Positions 20,277 to 29,208 of a DNA stretch of 64,000 nt are shown piece after piece; within the stretch, counting starts at the first letter, position 1; every line of letters starts with the position of its first letter. This DNA comes from an uncultured Candidatus Rokubacteria bacterium (GTDB lineage Bacteria; Methylomirabilota; Methylomirabilia; Rokubacteriales; DASRDR01): contig CAWDVE010000022.1 in assembly GCA_963805625.1 (NCBI GenBank), positions 1-64,000 on the forward strand, written 5' to 3'. The position numbers and the translations under genes are program-made. The notes under the pieces were generated by a model. That model saw only the letters and a program-made list of their open reading frames with translations, searched no databases and was not told where the DNA came from.

Positions 20277-23200
20277 CTAGGAGGCGAAGGCCTCGCGGCA
20301 CACTGGCGAGGCCTTGAAGCCGCGGAGCAGGCCGGGGGCGCCGGTCAGCCCGGCGGCCACCTTCTCGAGGAGACGCCGTGCCTCGGCGCGCGCCGCGCGC
20401 GCCTCGACCTCGCGCCCGGTCGCGTCGAGCAGCCGCGCGAGCGCGAGGCTCGCGCGCCAGCCGGCCGGAACCGCACCGAGAGCCGCCGCCTCGGCCTTCA
20501 CCGCCCGGATCCGTGCCTCGCCCTCGTCGCGACGCCCCAAGGCGACGAGCGCCTCGCCCTCAGCTCGACGCGCATCGAGCATGTACAGGGCGAACTGGGA
20601 GGCGATGGACTCAAGGCGCGCGAGGTGGCCGAGCGCTTCGGCGGGCTGCCCAGTCCGGAGCGCGAGCTCCGTGAGTGCGACACCGGGCCGCACGGTGAAC
20701 TGCACGGCTTCGTGGGCGGCTTGAATCGCTTCGGCGAGGTGGCGGGCGCCGTCGGCGATCTCGCCCGCGGCGACCAGGTCCTGGCCGAGCTCGCCCAACG
20801 CGTCGGCGAGCCACAGTGTGGTGCGAAGCTCGCGCGCGATCCCCAGCATCTCCTCATGGCACGCTCGCGCCCCGGCGATGTCGCCGCAGTTCCGGCGCAC
20901 GCGCCCGAGCACCGAGAGCGCCGCGGCCGTCCACTCGCGATGGCCCAGCTCCCGCGCGATCGCCAGCGCCGTCTCGCCCTCGGCGAAGGCGCGGCCCCAC
21001 TCGCCGTACGGTTCGACCAGCTCCCCGCCGGCGGCGTGGGCATATGCCTCCTGTGCCCTGGCGCCGATCGCTCGCGCGGCCTCGAGCGCTCGAAGAATGC
21101 CCGGTTCGCCTTCGGCGCGCCGGCCGCGGTAGAGGAGCGCCCAGGCCAGGTTCGAGAGGCAGGAGGCCTCGGTCTGCCGATCGCCCGCCTCGACCAGGCG
21201 GGGGAGGGCTTCCCGAGCGTGCGCGACGGACGCGTCCAGCTCTCCGACGATCATGAGCGCCATGGCGAGCGCGTCGAGGACGCGTCCCTCTCCGCCCACG
21301 TCCCCGGCCTCCCGGAAGAGGCCGAGAGCGCGGGTCAGCTCGTGCCGGCTGGCCGTCATGTGTGCCAGGTTGAGCTCCATGAGCCCGACACGCAGGCGTG
21401 CCTCGGCGGAGACGCGGCGCGCATCGGGAGTGTCGCCCGCCCGCTCGGCGACCGCGACCGCCTCGCGGCTCAAGGACAGGCCCCGCTCGTAGTCCTTGTG
21501 GCCTCCCCACAGGCCGGCCAGGGTGCCGAGGATCCGCGCCTCGGCGAGCGGGCGTGGCGGCTCCTTCGCCAGCCCGAGAGCTGCCTCGTAGTCGACTCGG
21601 GCTCGCTCGAAGTCCCCGAGGACCGCGTGGACGTCCGCGCGCCCCTCGTGGAGCAGGAGCCGAGTCGCCGCCGGAAGCCCCCCGCGCTGGGCCGCCGTGA
21701 TGGCCTGGTCGTAGCGGGCGCGGGCCTCCCGGTTCGCGAACACGGCGCGGGCGGCCTCGGCGGCCCGGTGCGCATGTGTCGCGGCAGGCCCCCATGCCTC
21801 GGCCTCCCCGTAGTGATGGGCGAGTCGGGGCGCGAGCTCGGCGAGGCGCTCCGGGTGGAGGCGCTCGAGCGCCTCGCCGGCCCGCCGGTGGAGCTCGCGC
21901 CGCCGCGACGGGAGGAGTGTCGCCTCAGCCACATCTTGCGTGAGCGCGTGCTTGAAGGCGTATACGACCTCCTCGCCGGTCGTGTGCTCGAAGAGGAACT
22001 CCTGGCGCGCGAGCTCACGGAGGTGCGGCTCGAGCGGCCCCGGGCCGTCCCAGATCGCCGCGAGGAGGTGCGGGGCGAACTCCCGCCCCAGCACCGAGGC
22101 CGTCTGGAGCACGCGCTTCGGCTCCTCGGCCAGCCGGTCGATGCGCGCGGTGAGGACACCGTGCACGGTGTCCGGGACCGGGAGCCCTGCCGCGAGACCC
22201 TGGTCGCCGACCGCCCGGGCCAGCTCCTCGAGGAAGAACGGGTTGCCCTCGGCCTTGTCGAGGATCAGCTGCGCGAGCGGGTCCCCGGAGTCCGTGGCGG
22301 GCAGGAGCGACCGGACGATGGAGAGGCTCTCGTCCACCGCAAGTCGCCGGAGCGAGAGCTGGGTCGCGAACGACCGATCGCTCCAGGGCGGCCGGTAGCC
22401 GGGGCGATAGGTGGCGATCAGCAGGACCGGGGCCCCCACCAGGCTCTCGGCGAGGAACGTGAAGTACTCCTCGGAGGTGCGGTCCACCCAGTGGAGATCC
22501 TCGACCTCGAGGAGGAGGGGCCGCCGGCGACTCCCGCGCAAGCACATCTGCCGGAGGGTCTCGAAGGTCCGCGCCTTGATGACCTCGGGGCCGAGGGCCT
22601 CGAGCGGCCCGCCGACGTCCCCGCCACCGAGGAGACGCACCAGGTAGGGCGTCCCCTCGCCGGGGTCCATGCCCACCTCCTGAAGCCCGAAGCGTACCTT
22701 CTCGGCGATCGCCTCGGGCGGGTCGGCCTCGGCGAGGCCGCAGTTGGCGCGCACGATGTCCACCACGGGCCCGTAGGGGATGGCCGTCCCGTAGGAGAGA
22801 CACCGTCCCTGGAGGTAGGTGACGCGCCGCCCGGCGAGGCGGTGCCGGAATTCGAGGAGGAGCCGTGACTTCCCGACCCCGGGCTCGCCGACGATCCCGA
22901 CGGCCTGGCCCCGGCCTTCCTCGACGGCGGCGAAGAGATCCAGCAGGCCCCCGAGCTCCCGGTCGCGGCCGACGAAGTGGCTCAGCCCGTGGGGGCCCAA
23001 GCCCTCCAGCGGCGAGCGGCGCGGCCCCACACCGAGGAGTCGAACCACGACGACCGGCTCGCTCCGGCCCTTGACCTGAACCGGTCCCACGCGCTCGCCG
23101 CGGACGTAGCCCTCGACGAGACGCCACGTCGCCTCGCTCGCGAGGATCGCGCCCGGCTCGGCCAGCTGCTGAAGGCGAGCCGCCAGGTGGGTGGTGTCGC

Positions 23201-23837
23201 CGACCGCCGTGTAGTCCATGCGCAGGTTGTCGCCGATCGCGCCCACGACCACGAAACCGGTGTGCAGACCCATCCGGACCGTCAGGGAGATCTCGATCCC
23301 GGGGGCGATGGCGACGGGGCGGTCGCGGAGCGCGCGGGCGACGCCGAGGGCGGCTAGCGCCGCGCGGCGCGCGTGATCCTCGTGGGCGAGGGGGGCGCCG
23401 AAGAGGGCCATGAAGCCGTCGCCGAGGAACTGGTTGACCGTGCCCTCATAGCGATGCACCTCGGCGAGGGCGGCCTCGAAGAATGCGTTCACGAGGACGT
23501 GCATCCCCTCCGCTCCGAGCCGCTCGGCCAGCGCCGTGGAGCCGACCAGGTCGCAGAAGAGCACAGTGACGGGCTTGCGCTCGCCTTCCAGCGCGCTTCT
23601 GGAGGTGAGGATCCGCTCGGCGAGGTGCCGCGGCGTGTAGGCGGCCGGCGCCGGCTCGGCCGGGGCGGCCCCTCCCGCTCCCGCGGCGGCGACGGGGCGG
23701 CCGCACTCCGGGCAGAACTTCGCGGACTCGGGGAGCTCCGCCCCGCACGCGATGCAGGCGAGAGCGAGCCGCTGCCCGCACTCGAGACAGAACTTCGCCC
23801 GCGCGGGATTCTCGTGCCTGCACCGCGGACAGAGCAT
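20277..23837 (-). CDS. Double zinc ribbon + class III cyclase + AAA/STAND NTPase + TPR protein
   Basis: CxxC repeats at the N-terminus; FCDLVGST, LGDGFMALFG; Walker A GEPGVGKS; EDLHW; GNPFF; FKHAL; helical repeat C-terminus. Confidence 0.9.
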   Translation of the reverse strand: MLCPRCRHENPARAKFCLECGQRLALACIACGAELPESAKFCPECGRPVAAAGAGGAAPAEPAPAAYTPRHLAERILTSRSALEGERKPVTVLFCDLVGSTALAERLGAEGMHVLVNAFFEAALAEVHRYEGTVNQFLGDGFMALFGAPLAHEDHARRAALAALGVARALRDRPVAIAPGIEISLTVRMGLHTGFVVVGAIGDNLRMDYTAVGDTTHLAARLQQLAEPGAILASEATWRLVEGYVRGERVGPVQVKGRSEPVVVVRLLGVGPRRSPLEGLGPHGLSHFVGRDRELGGLLDLFAAVEEGRGQAVGIVGEPGVGKSRLLLEFRHRLAGRRVTYLQGRCLSYGTAIPYGPVVDIVRANCGLAEADPPEAIAEKVRFGLQEVGMDPGEGTPYLVRLLGGGDVGGPLEALGPEVIKARTFETLRQMCLRGSRRRPLLLEVEDLHWVDRTSEEYFTFLAESLVGAPVLLIATYRPGYRPPWSDRSFATQLSLRRLAVDESLSIVRSLLPATDSGDPLAQLILDKAEGNPFFLEELARAVGDQGLAAGLPVPDTVHGVLTARIDRLAEEPKRVLQTASVLGREFAPHLLAAIWDGPGPLEPHLRELARQEFLFEHTTGEEVVYAFKHALTQDVAEATLLPSRRRELHRRAGEALERLHPERLAELAPRLAHHYGEAEAWGPAATHAHRAAEAARAVFANREARARYDQAITAAQRGGLPAATRLLLHEGRADVHAVLGDFERARVDYEAALGLAKEPPRPLAEARILGTLAGLWGGHKDYERGLSLSREAVAVAERAGDTPDARRVSAEARLRVGLMELNLAHMTASRHELTRALGLFREAGDVGGEGRVLDALAMALMIVGELDASVAHAREALPRLVEAGDRQTEASCLSNLAWALLYRGRRAEGEPGILRALEAARAIGARAQEAYAHAAGGELVEPYGEWGRAFAEGETALAIARELGHREWTAAALSVLGRVRRNCGDIAGARACHEEMLGIARELRTTLWLADALGELGQDLVAAGEIADGARHLAEAIQAAHEAVQFTVRPGVALTELALRTGQPAEALGHLARLESIASQFALYMLDARRAEGEALVALGRRDEGEARIRAVKAEAAALGAVPAGWRASLALARLLDATGREVEARAARAEARRLLEKVAAGLTGAPGLLRGFKASPVCREAFAS

Positions 23838-23873
23838 CGGGGTTCCCCGGGAGGTTTCGGTTCTGAGCGGTCG

Positions 23874-25052
23874 CTACCCGGTCGTGACCAGCTGGCAGAA
23901 CTGGCCGACCAGGTACGGATCGTGGAACGTGCCGGCGCGCGACCGCAGCACGTCCAGCGCGGCGGCTTGCGAGAGCGCGCGGCGGTACGGCCGGACCGTG
24001 CAGATCGCATCGTAGACGTCTGCGATCGCCGTGAGCTGGCTCGCGAGGGTCGGGGCGCGCGAGACGCGCACCACCGGGTAGTTGGGCTCCCCGTCGTACC
24101 GGAGGTGGTGCTCGAAGGCCACGAGGATCGAGAGGGGCGAGCTGTTGGCGAGGGCGCCGAGCTCCCAGGCGCCGAGTTCCGCATGGCTCGCCATCGTCGC
24201 CCACTCGTCGCCGGAGAGCTTTCCCGCCTTGTTCAGGACGTCCAGGGGAACGCGGAGCTTGCCGACGTCGTGCAGCAGGGCCGCCACGCCGATGGCGTGG
24301 AGGAGGGGACCTTCGAATCCGAAGCCGCGCGCCTGGGCCAGGACCAGCAGGGACACGTTGACCGAATGGACGAACGTGTATTCGTCGTGCGACTTGAGCG
24401 GGACCGTGGGGAGGACGGCCTGAGTCGAGCGCGCCACGGCGTCCGCGAGGCCCCAGACCAGCTCCTCCACGGGATCGAGTTGCGTCACGCCCTCGTACCG
24501 GATGCGCGCGAACACCTCCCGCGCCATCTCGACGTGGGTCACCGACATGCCGCCCCGCCCTCCGTCGGGCGAAAGCTCCGACGGCTCAGGGGGCGCCCCC
24601 CCGGGAGCGGTGATCTCGACCTGGCCCACCACGACATGGGAGGTCGAGTCGGGCCGCTGGCCGGCCGCGAGCGCATCGACCAGGGCGCGGCACTCGTCCT
24701 GGTCCAGGTCGCGCGCGAGCGTGAGCCGCGCGACGCCGCTCCGGCCGAGCGCGCGGATGAACGGCTGGAGGTAGAGCGCCCCGCTGCGAAGGGGCCGGCC
24801 GTCGACCACGATCTCGTCATCCAGCCGGAGGAAGGTGAGGGCATCCTGGCGGCGCTCGTCGCACGCCGCCACCACGCCGTCGCGGAGCTGCGCGAGCGTG
24901 CCGGTCACCGCCGGGTGCGCGGGTGGATAAAGCGCGCTGGTGGTGAGCGCCCCGGCCATCTGGGCGATCAACCGCTCGACTGCCGCTTGCCCGGGTGGCG
25001 CGCCCGGCTCGATCGCACCGCGCCCGGAGAGACCGCCGGCGGGCCCGGTCAT
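23874..25052 (-). CDS. HD-GYP-like phosphodiesterase
   Basis: HDEYTFVHSVNV, LHDVGK, HAELG, EHHLRYDGEPNYP, IADVYDA...RPYR. Confidence 0.88.
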   Translation of the reverse strand: MTGPAGGLSGRGAIEPGAPPGQAAVERLIAQMAGALTTSALYPPAHPAVTGTLAQLRDGVVAACDERRQDALTFLRLDDEIVVDGRPLRSGALYLQPFIRALGRSGVARLTLARDLDQDECRALVDALAAGQRPDSTSHVVVGQVEITAPGGAPPEPSELSPDGGRGGMSVTHVEMAREVFARIRYEGVTQLDPVEELVWGLADAVARSTQAVLPTVPLKSHDEYTFVHSVNVSLLVLAQARGFGFEGPLLHAIGVAALLHDVGKLRVPLDVLNKAGKLSGDEWATMASHAELGAWELGALANSSPLSILVAFEHHLRYDGEPNYPVVRVSRAPTLASQLTAIADVYDAICTVRPYRRALSQAAALDVLRSRAGTFHDPYLVGQFCQLVTTG

Positions 25053-27490
25053 CCGGCGCTCCGGAGGCGCTCGCACACGGCACGGATCTCATGGTCGCGG
25101 GAGCGGAGCCCGCGCATCACCAGCCACGCCCGCGCGTCGGACGGGTAGCCCCGGAGCGACTCATAGGCCGCGCGTCGCTCGGCAATCGAGCGGAAGGGGA
25201 CCCAGCGCTCGCCGAAGAAGCGCGCGAGACGCGGCAGGGCCTCGGGGCGGCCCATCCGTCCGAGGGCCTGGAGCGCGGCCAGGCGAACCGCCCGGCGGCG
25301 CCCCCGGAAGTCCCAGGCGGCGAGCACGTCGAGGAGCGGCACGACCATCGTCGGCCCCCCGCGCTGACCTGCCAGCTCCACCGCGGCCGTGGCGGCGCGG
25401 GGGTCCGGGTCCGCGATCGCGCTCAGGAGGTACCCGTGCCCGATGGCGGGATCGAGCTCGAGCAGGCTCCGCAGCGCCTCGAGCCGAACCCGTAGATCGG
25501 CGTGCCCCGTCAGGCGGCGGACCGTCGCCAGCGACGAGCGGTCGCCCACGGCGCGCAGGAGCGCGATGATGTTGCGGAGGACGTACCAGTTGGGATCCAT
25601 GAGCCAGCGCGTCGCCTCCGGGACCACGTCGGGACCGAGCGCGGACAGGAGATCGAAGACCCGCCGCCGGCGAACGCGGACCTTCTCCTCGACGAGGACC
25701 TGGAGCAAGCTCCGGATCGCACCGGGCCCGAGGAGGCGGACCAGCCGGCCCGCGGCCGGCCCGGGCATCGCGCCCAGGGAGGCGGCGAGGGCCGACAGGG
25801 TCTCCGCCCCCGCGAGATGGTCGAGCTGGCGGCGCATCGCGGCCCGCGTCGGCTCGGGCACCGCCTCGTCGACGGCCAGGCGCGCCATGCCCTCGATGGC
25901 GAAGGCGGCCTCGTCGAGAGACCCCCGGGCCAGCGCTCCCTGGACCAGCTGCTCGAGCCTCGAGAGGACGGGCCCCGTCTTGTCGTCCGCGTGGTGGCCC
26001 AAGAGCTCGAGGAGCGTCTCGGTGAGCTGCCGGCCCACCGCCTCCTCCGTGAGCGTCCCTACGCGATCCCCGAGGGTCTCGAGCGTGCCGAGCACGACGG
26101 GCGTCCGAGTCGGCCAGGCAAGCATGGCGCGCGCGAGGAGCGCCAGGTGGTCCTCCGGGTTGTACCGGTCAATGTCCTCCTCGCGGAACAGCGTGAGGAG
26201 CTCCCCGCGGAGGGCCTCGAGATCCCGGCTCGCCGGCGCGTCCGCGTCATCCGATTCGGTGCGTGTGGAGGCCAGGAGCTCCACGAGACGCTGGGCGTGA
26301 CGCGAGAGCGGCACGCCCTCGGCTCCCAGCTGGCGCATCACGCGGAGCACGGGGTGCGCGCTCATGGAGGAGGTGAAGGCCTGCAGCGCCTCCTCGCCCT
26401 CGGGGTCGGTGGCCACGACACGCAGCGCGGCGCGCATGAGGCTCTCCCGGAGGGGCTCCGGGAGTCGCATGATCAGCTGCGCGGTCTGGCGAGCCGCGAG
26501 CGCGCGGCCCGCCCCGGACATCTCCTGGAAGTGCTCGGTCGTCGCGTCGGTCAGCCGGACGAGGAGCTGGGCGGGCGTCACCCCGGGGGGCGCTCCACTT
26601 CCGTCTGGCGTGGCCTCGTCCGTCGAAGCGCCGGAGCCTGCGGCCAGACCTGAGCCCTCGGACCAGGCTGAGCCCGGGGGGGCCATCGCGGCGGATTGCG
26701 GGGCTCCGTTCGGCTCCCGCGCGTCGTCCTCGCCGGCCCCGGAGCCGTTGCCAGTCCCGCCCGCGCTGCCCGCACCCTCGGCCGATCCCGCCATGCCGGG
26801 TCCCGTGACCTCGCCGCTCCCGTCGGGCCTGGCGGCCTCGCTGCGCTCCCGGGCTGCCTGGGCCTTCAGGAAGTCCCTCAGCCAGACCACCATCGCGAGT
26901 TCGGCTGGAACCACGGATCCCGTCCCGGGCTCATCGCCGCTCCAGGACGCGTCGCCGGGCGCTCCCCACTCGAGGACCACGTTGAGGAGACGGTCGCTGA
27001 GCGAGACACGGGCCTGCGGCGGGATTTCCGCCGGGGCCTCCGTCGTGTGGTCGGTCAACCGAACCGCCGAGTAGTCGAGGGGCTGGAGATAAAGGTGACG
27101 GGTTCCCGGGAGCCCCGCGGCCGGCGACCCGGGCTCGAGGGGGACGACCGGACCAGCAAGCCACTGTACGAGCGCTCGGAGCTCGTCCGGCTGGATGCCC
27201 CGGTCCATCCGCAGCACGGCGGCTTGCCGCTGGTAGAGCGCCTTTGCCAGCGCCCGCGCCTGGGCTGTCTCGAGAGTCCAGACGCCGACCCGGAGGTGGT
27301 TTCGCGAGACGCCGATGGCCACCGAGCCGTGAACCGACAGCATCCCGCCGACGCGCGTCTGCGCGGCGCCCACCGCCTGGGTCACGTTCGGATGATCGGA
27401 TGGATAGGCCGCCCAGGCCCGACAGGCGATCGCCAGCGACCGTATCGCCTCCAACACCAGGGAGCGGCCCTCGATCACCGGGTCCGCCAC
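25049..27490 (-). CDS. HEAT-repeat protein
   Basis: DPNWYVLRNII, HADLRVRLEAL, VRLAALQALG repeats; GTG start 7 nt after TAGAAT; long Gly/Ser/Ala-rich linker. Confidence 0.8.
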   Translation of the reverse strand: MADPVIEGRSLVLEAIRSLAIACRAWAAYPSDHPNVTQAVGAAQTRVGGMLSVHGSVAIGVSRNHLRVGVWTLETAQARALAKALYQRQAAVLRMDRGIQPDELRALVQWLAGPVVPLEPGSPAAGLPGTRHLYLQPLDYSAVRLTDHTTEAPAEIPPQARVSLSDRLLNVVLEWGAPGDASWSGDEPGTGSVVPAELAMVVWLRDFLKAQAARERSEAARPDGSGEVTGPGMAGSAEGAGSAGGTGNGSGAGEDDAREPNGAPQSAAMAPPGSAWSEGSGLAAGSGASTDEATPDGSGAPPGVTPAQLLVRLTDATTEHFQEMSGAGRALAARQTAQLIMRLPEPLRESLMRAALRVVATDPEGEEALQAFTSSMSAHPVLRVMRQLGAEGVPLSRHAQRLVELLASTRTESDDADAPASRDLEALRGELLTLFREEDIDRYNPEDHLALLARAMLAWPTRTPVVLGTLETLGDRVGTLTEEAVGRQLTETLLELLGHHADDKTGPVLSRLEQLVQGALARGSLDEAAFAIEGMARLAVDEAVPEPTRAAMRRQLDHLAGAETLSALAASLGAMPGPAAGRLVRLLGPGAIRSLLQVLVEEKVRVRRRRVFDLLSALGPDVVPEATRWLMDPNWYVLRNIIALLRAVGDRSSLATVRRLTGHADLRVRLEALRSLLELDPAIGHGYLLSAIADPDPRAATAAVELAGQRGGPTMVVPLLDVLAAWDFRGRRRAVRLAALQALGRMGRPEALPRLARFFGERWVPFRSIAERRAAYESLRGYPSDARAWLVMRGLRSRDHEIRAVCERLRSAG

Positions 27491-27779
27491 AGCCAGAATT
27501 CTAGGGCCGTTGGGCGGGGGAATCGAGGGAAATACGGCGCCCAGGATCGTCGGGCAGGCCACGGGGCTTGGGCGGGGCTGTCGATCCGGGCCGGGCCCGT
27601 TCGACCATATGGTGAGACGAGGCCGGCACGGCCGGAGCCGATCGGACCTCACCCGCCGGTTGCCCGGGGGCCCACGTCAGGACGCCCGTCCCCGAAGGGG
27701 TGGCGGCGGCCGAGGATCGCCTCGGCACGCCCGGCACATGGCGGCGCGGGTCCGGTGGCCGCCAGGAAGGAGACTCTGT

Positions 27780-28403
27780 GTGGGAAAGGTGTTCGTCGAT
27801 ATCGGAATGTCCCTCGATGGCTTCATCGCGGGCCCAAATGGCGTCCCGGGAATCCCCTCGGCGATGGCGGCCTCGCGATCCATCAGTGGGTGTTTCAGCT
27901 GGCGAGCTTTCGCGAGCTCATGGGAATGGCCGGCGGCGACGTCAATCGGGACGACGAGATCGTGAGAGCCGTGTTTACCCGCGCCGGGGCCTACGTGATG
28001 GGCAGGCGGATGTTCGAGGAGGGCGAGGTGGGCTGGTCGTCGAATCCTCCGTTCCGCGCGCCGGTGTTCGTCCTCACGCATCATCCGCGGGAGCCGTGGG
28101 TCCGGGAGGGAGGGACGACGTTTTTCTTCGCCACCGACGGCATCGACGCGGCGCTCGAGAGTGCCAGGAGAGCGGCGGGGAGGAAGGATGTCCGGATCTC
28201 GGGCGGGTGCGAACACCGTTCAGCAGTTCATGAGGGCGGGAGTCGTGGACGAGCTGACGATTCATTTCGTCCCCGTGCCGCTCGGGACCGGCGTCAAGGC
28301 GCTCGATCATCTGGGGCCGCAACCCGCGACCCTGGAGCGGCTGGGCGTGATCGATTCGCCGCTCGTGACGCACCTGTCCTATCGTGTGACCAGAAAGTCG
28401 TAA
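27780..28403 (+). pseudogene. Dihydrofolate reductase / RibD C-terminal family protein, two frameshifts (about 27842 and 28206)
   Basis: MSLDGFIAGP in the first frame, VMGRRMF...PVFVLTH in a second frame, ANTVQQF..GVVDEL back in the first frame, which contains a stop at 27963-27965. Confidence 0.8.
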
Positions 28404-28472
28404 AGGCAGGCGGAGATCGAGGCTGGGCGGCTCCGCCGCACCGGACGACAAACGACAAGAGGAGACGATGAG

Positions 28473-28946
28473 ATGCAGCGGATCATGCCGTGCCTGTGGT
28501 TCGACGACCAGGCCGACCAGGCAGCGCGCTTCTATACCTCGATCTTCGAGAACTCCAAGATCGACACGGTCACTCACTACGGCGAGGGTGGACCTCGGCC
28601 GAAGGGCAGCGTGCTGACCGTGAAGTTCCGGCTCGACGGGCAGGAGTTCCTCGCGCTGAATGGCGGGCCCTTGTTCAAGTTCACGGAGGCCGTCTCGTTC
28701 ATCGTGAACTGCGAGACGCAAGAGGAAGTGGACCGGCTGTGGGAGACGCTCTCCGAGGGCGGAGAGCAGGTCCAGTGCGGCTGGCTGAAGGACAGGTACG
28801 GACTCTCGTGGCAGATCGTTCCGACGATCCTGGGCGAGCTGATCGGCGATCCGGATCCCGCGCGGGCAAGCCGAGTCTTCCAGGCGATGATGGGCATGAA
28901 GAAGCTCGACATCAAGGGACTGAAAGAGGCCGCCGGGCGGCAGTAG
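28473..28946 (+). CDS. VOC family protein (PhnB / 3-demethylubiquinone-9 methyltransferase-like)
   Basis: PCLWFD, LNGGP.F.FTEAVS, CGWLKDRYGLSWQIVP, MKKLDI. Confidence 0.92.
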   Translation: MQRIMPCLWFDDQADQAARFYTSIFENSKIDTVTHYGEGGPRPKGSVLTVKFRLDGQEFLALNGGPLFKFTEAVSFIVNCETQEEVDRLWETLSEGGEQVQCGWLKDRYGLSWQIVPTILGELIGDPDPARASRVFQAMMGMKKLDIKGLKEAAGRQ

Positions 28947-29191
28947 AGGGGCGGTCGCGGGCATAGTTTTCGGGCGTAGCGAGATCGGCCGCCGCAGACT
29001 CGCTCGTATGAGCGTTGGCTACTGATTCAGGAATCGGGGGAACTCATCGGGATCCACCTGCGCGTCGGGCATTAGGTGGCCGACTGTACATGCACGTGCA
29101 TGCATCAGCAAATCCGAAGGGCACTTGCCACGAAGGCCAGTGGTCACCCGGGCATAGTTTGGGCATAGTGTGGTCAGGGCTGCCCTTGACC
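28946..29191. mobile_element. Internally collapsed copy of the GGGCATAGTTT-bounded toxin-antitoxin element
   Basis: 28946-28969 is identical to 52920-52943; 28959-29078 is homologous to 47399-47518 (includes the hicA 3' end); 29087-29191 is homologous to 52651-52755. Confidence 0.7.
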
Positions 29192-29208
29192 ACAGGCCCC
29201 AACAAACC

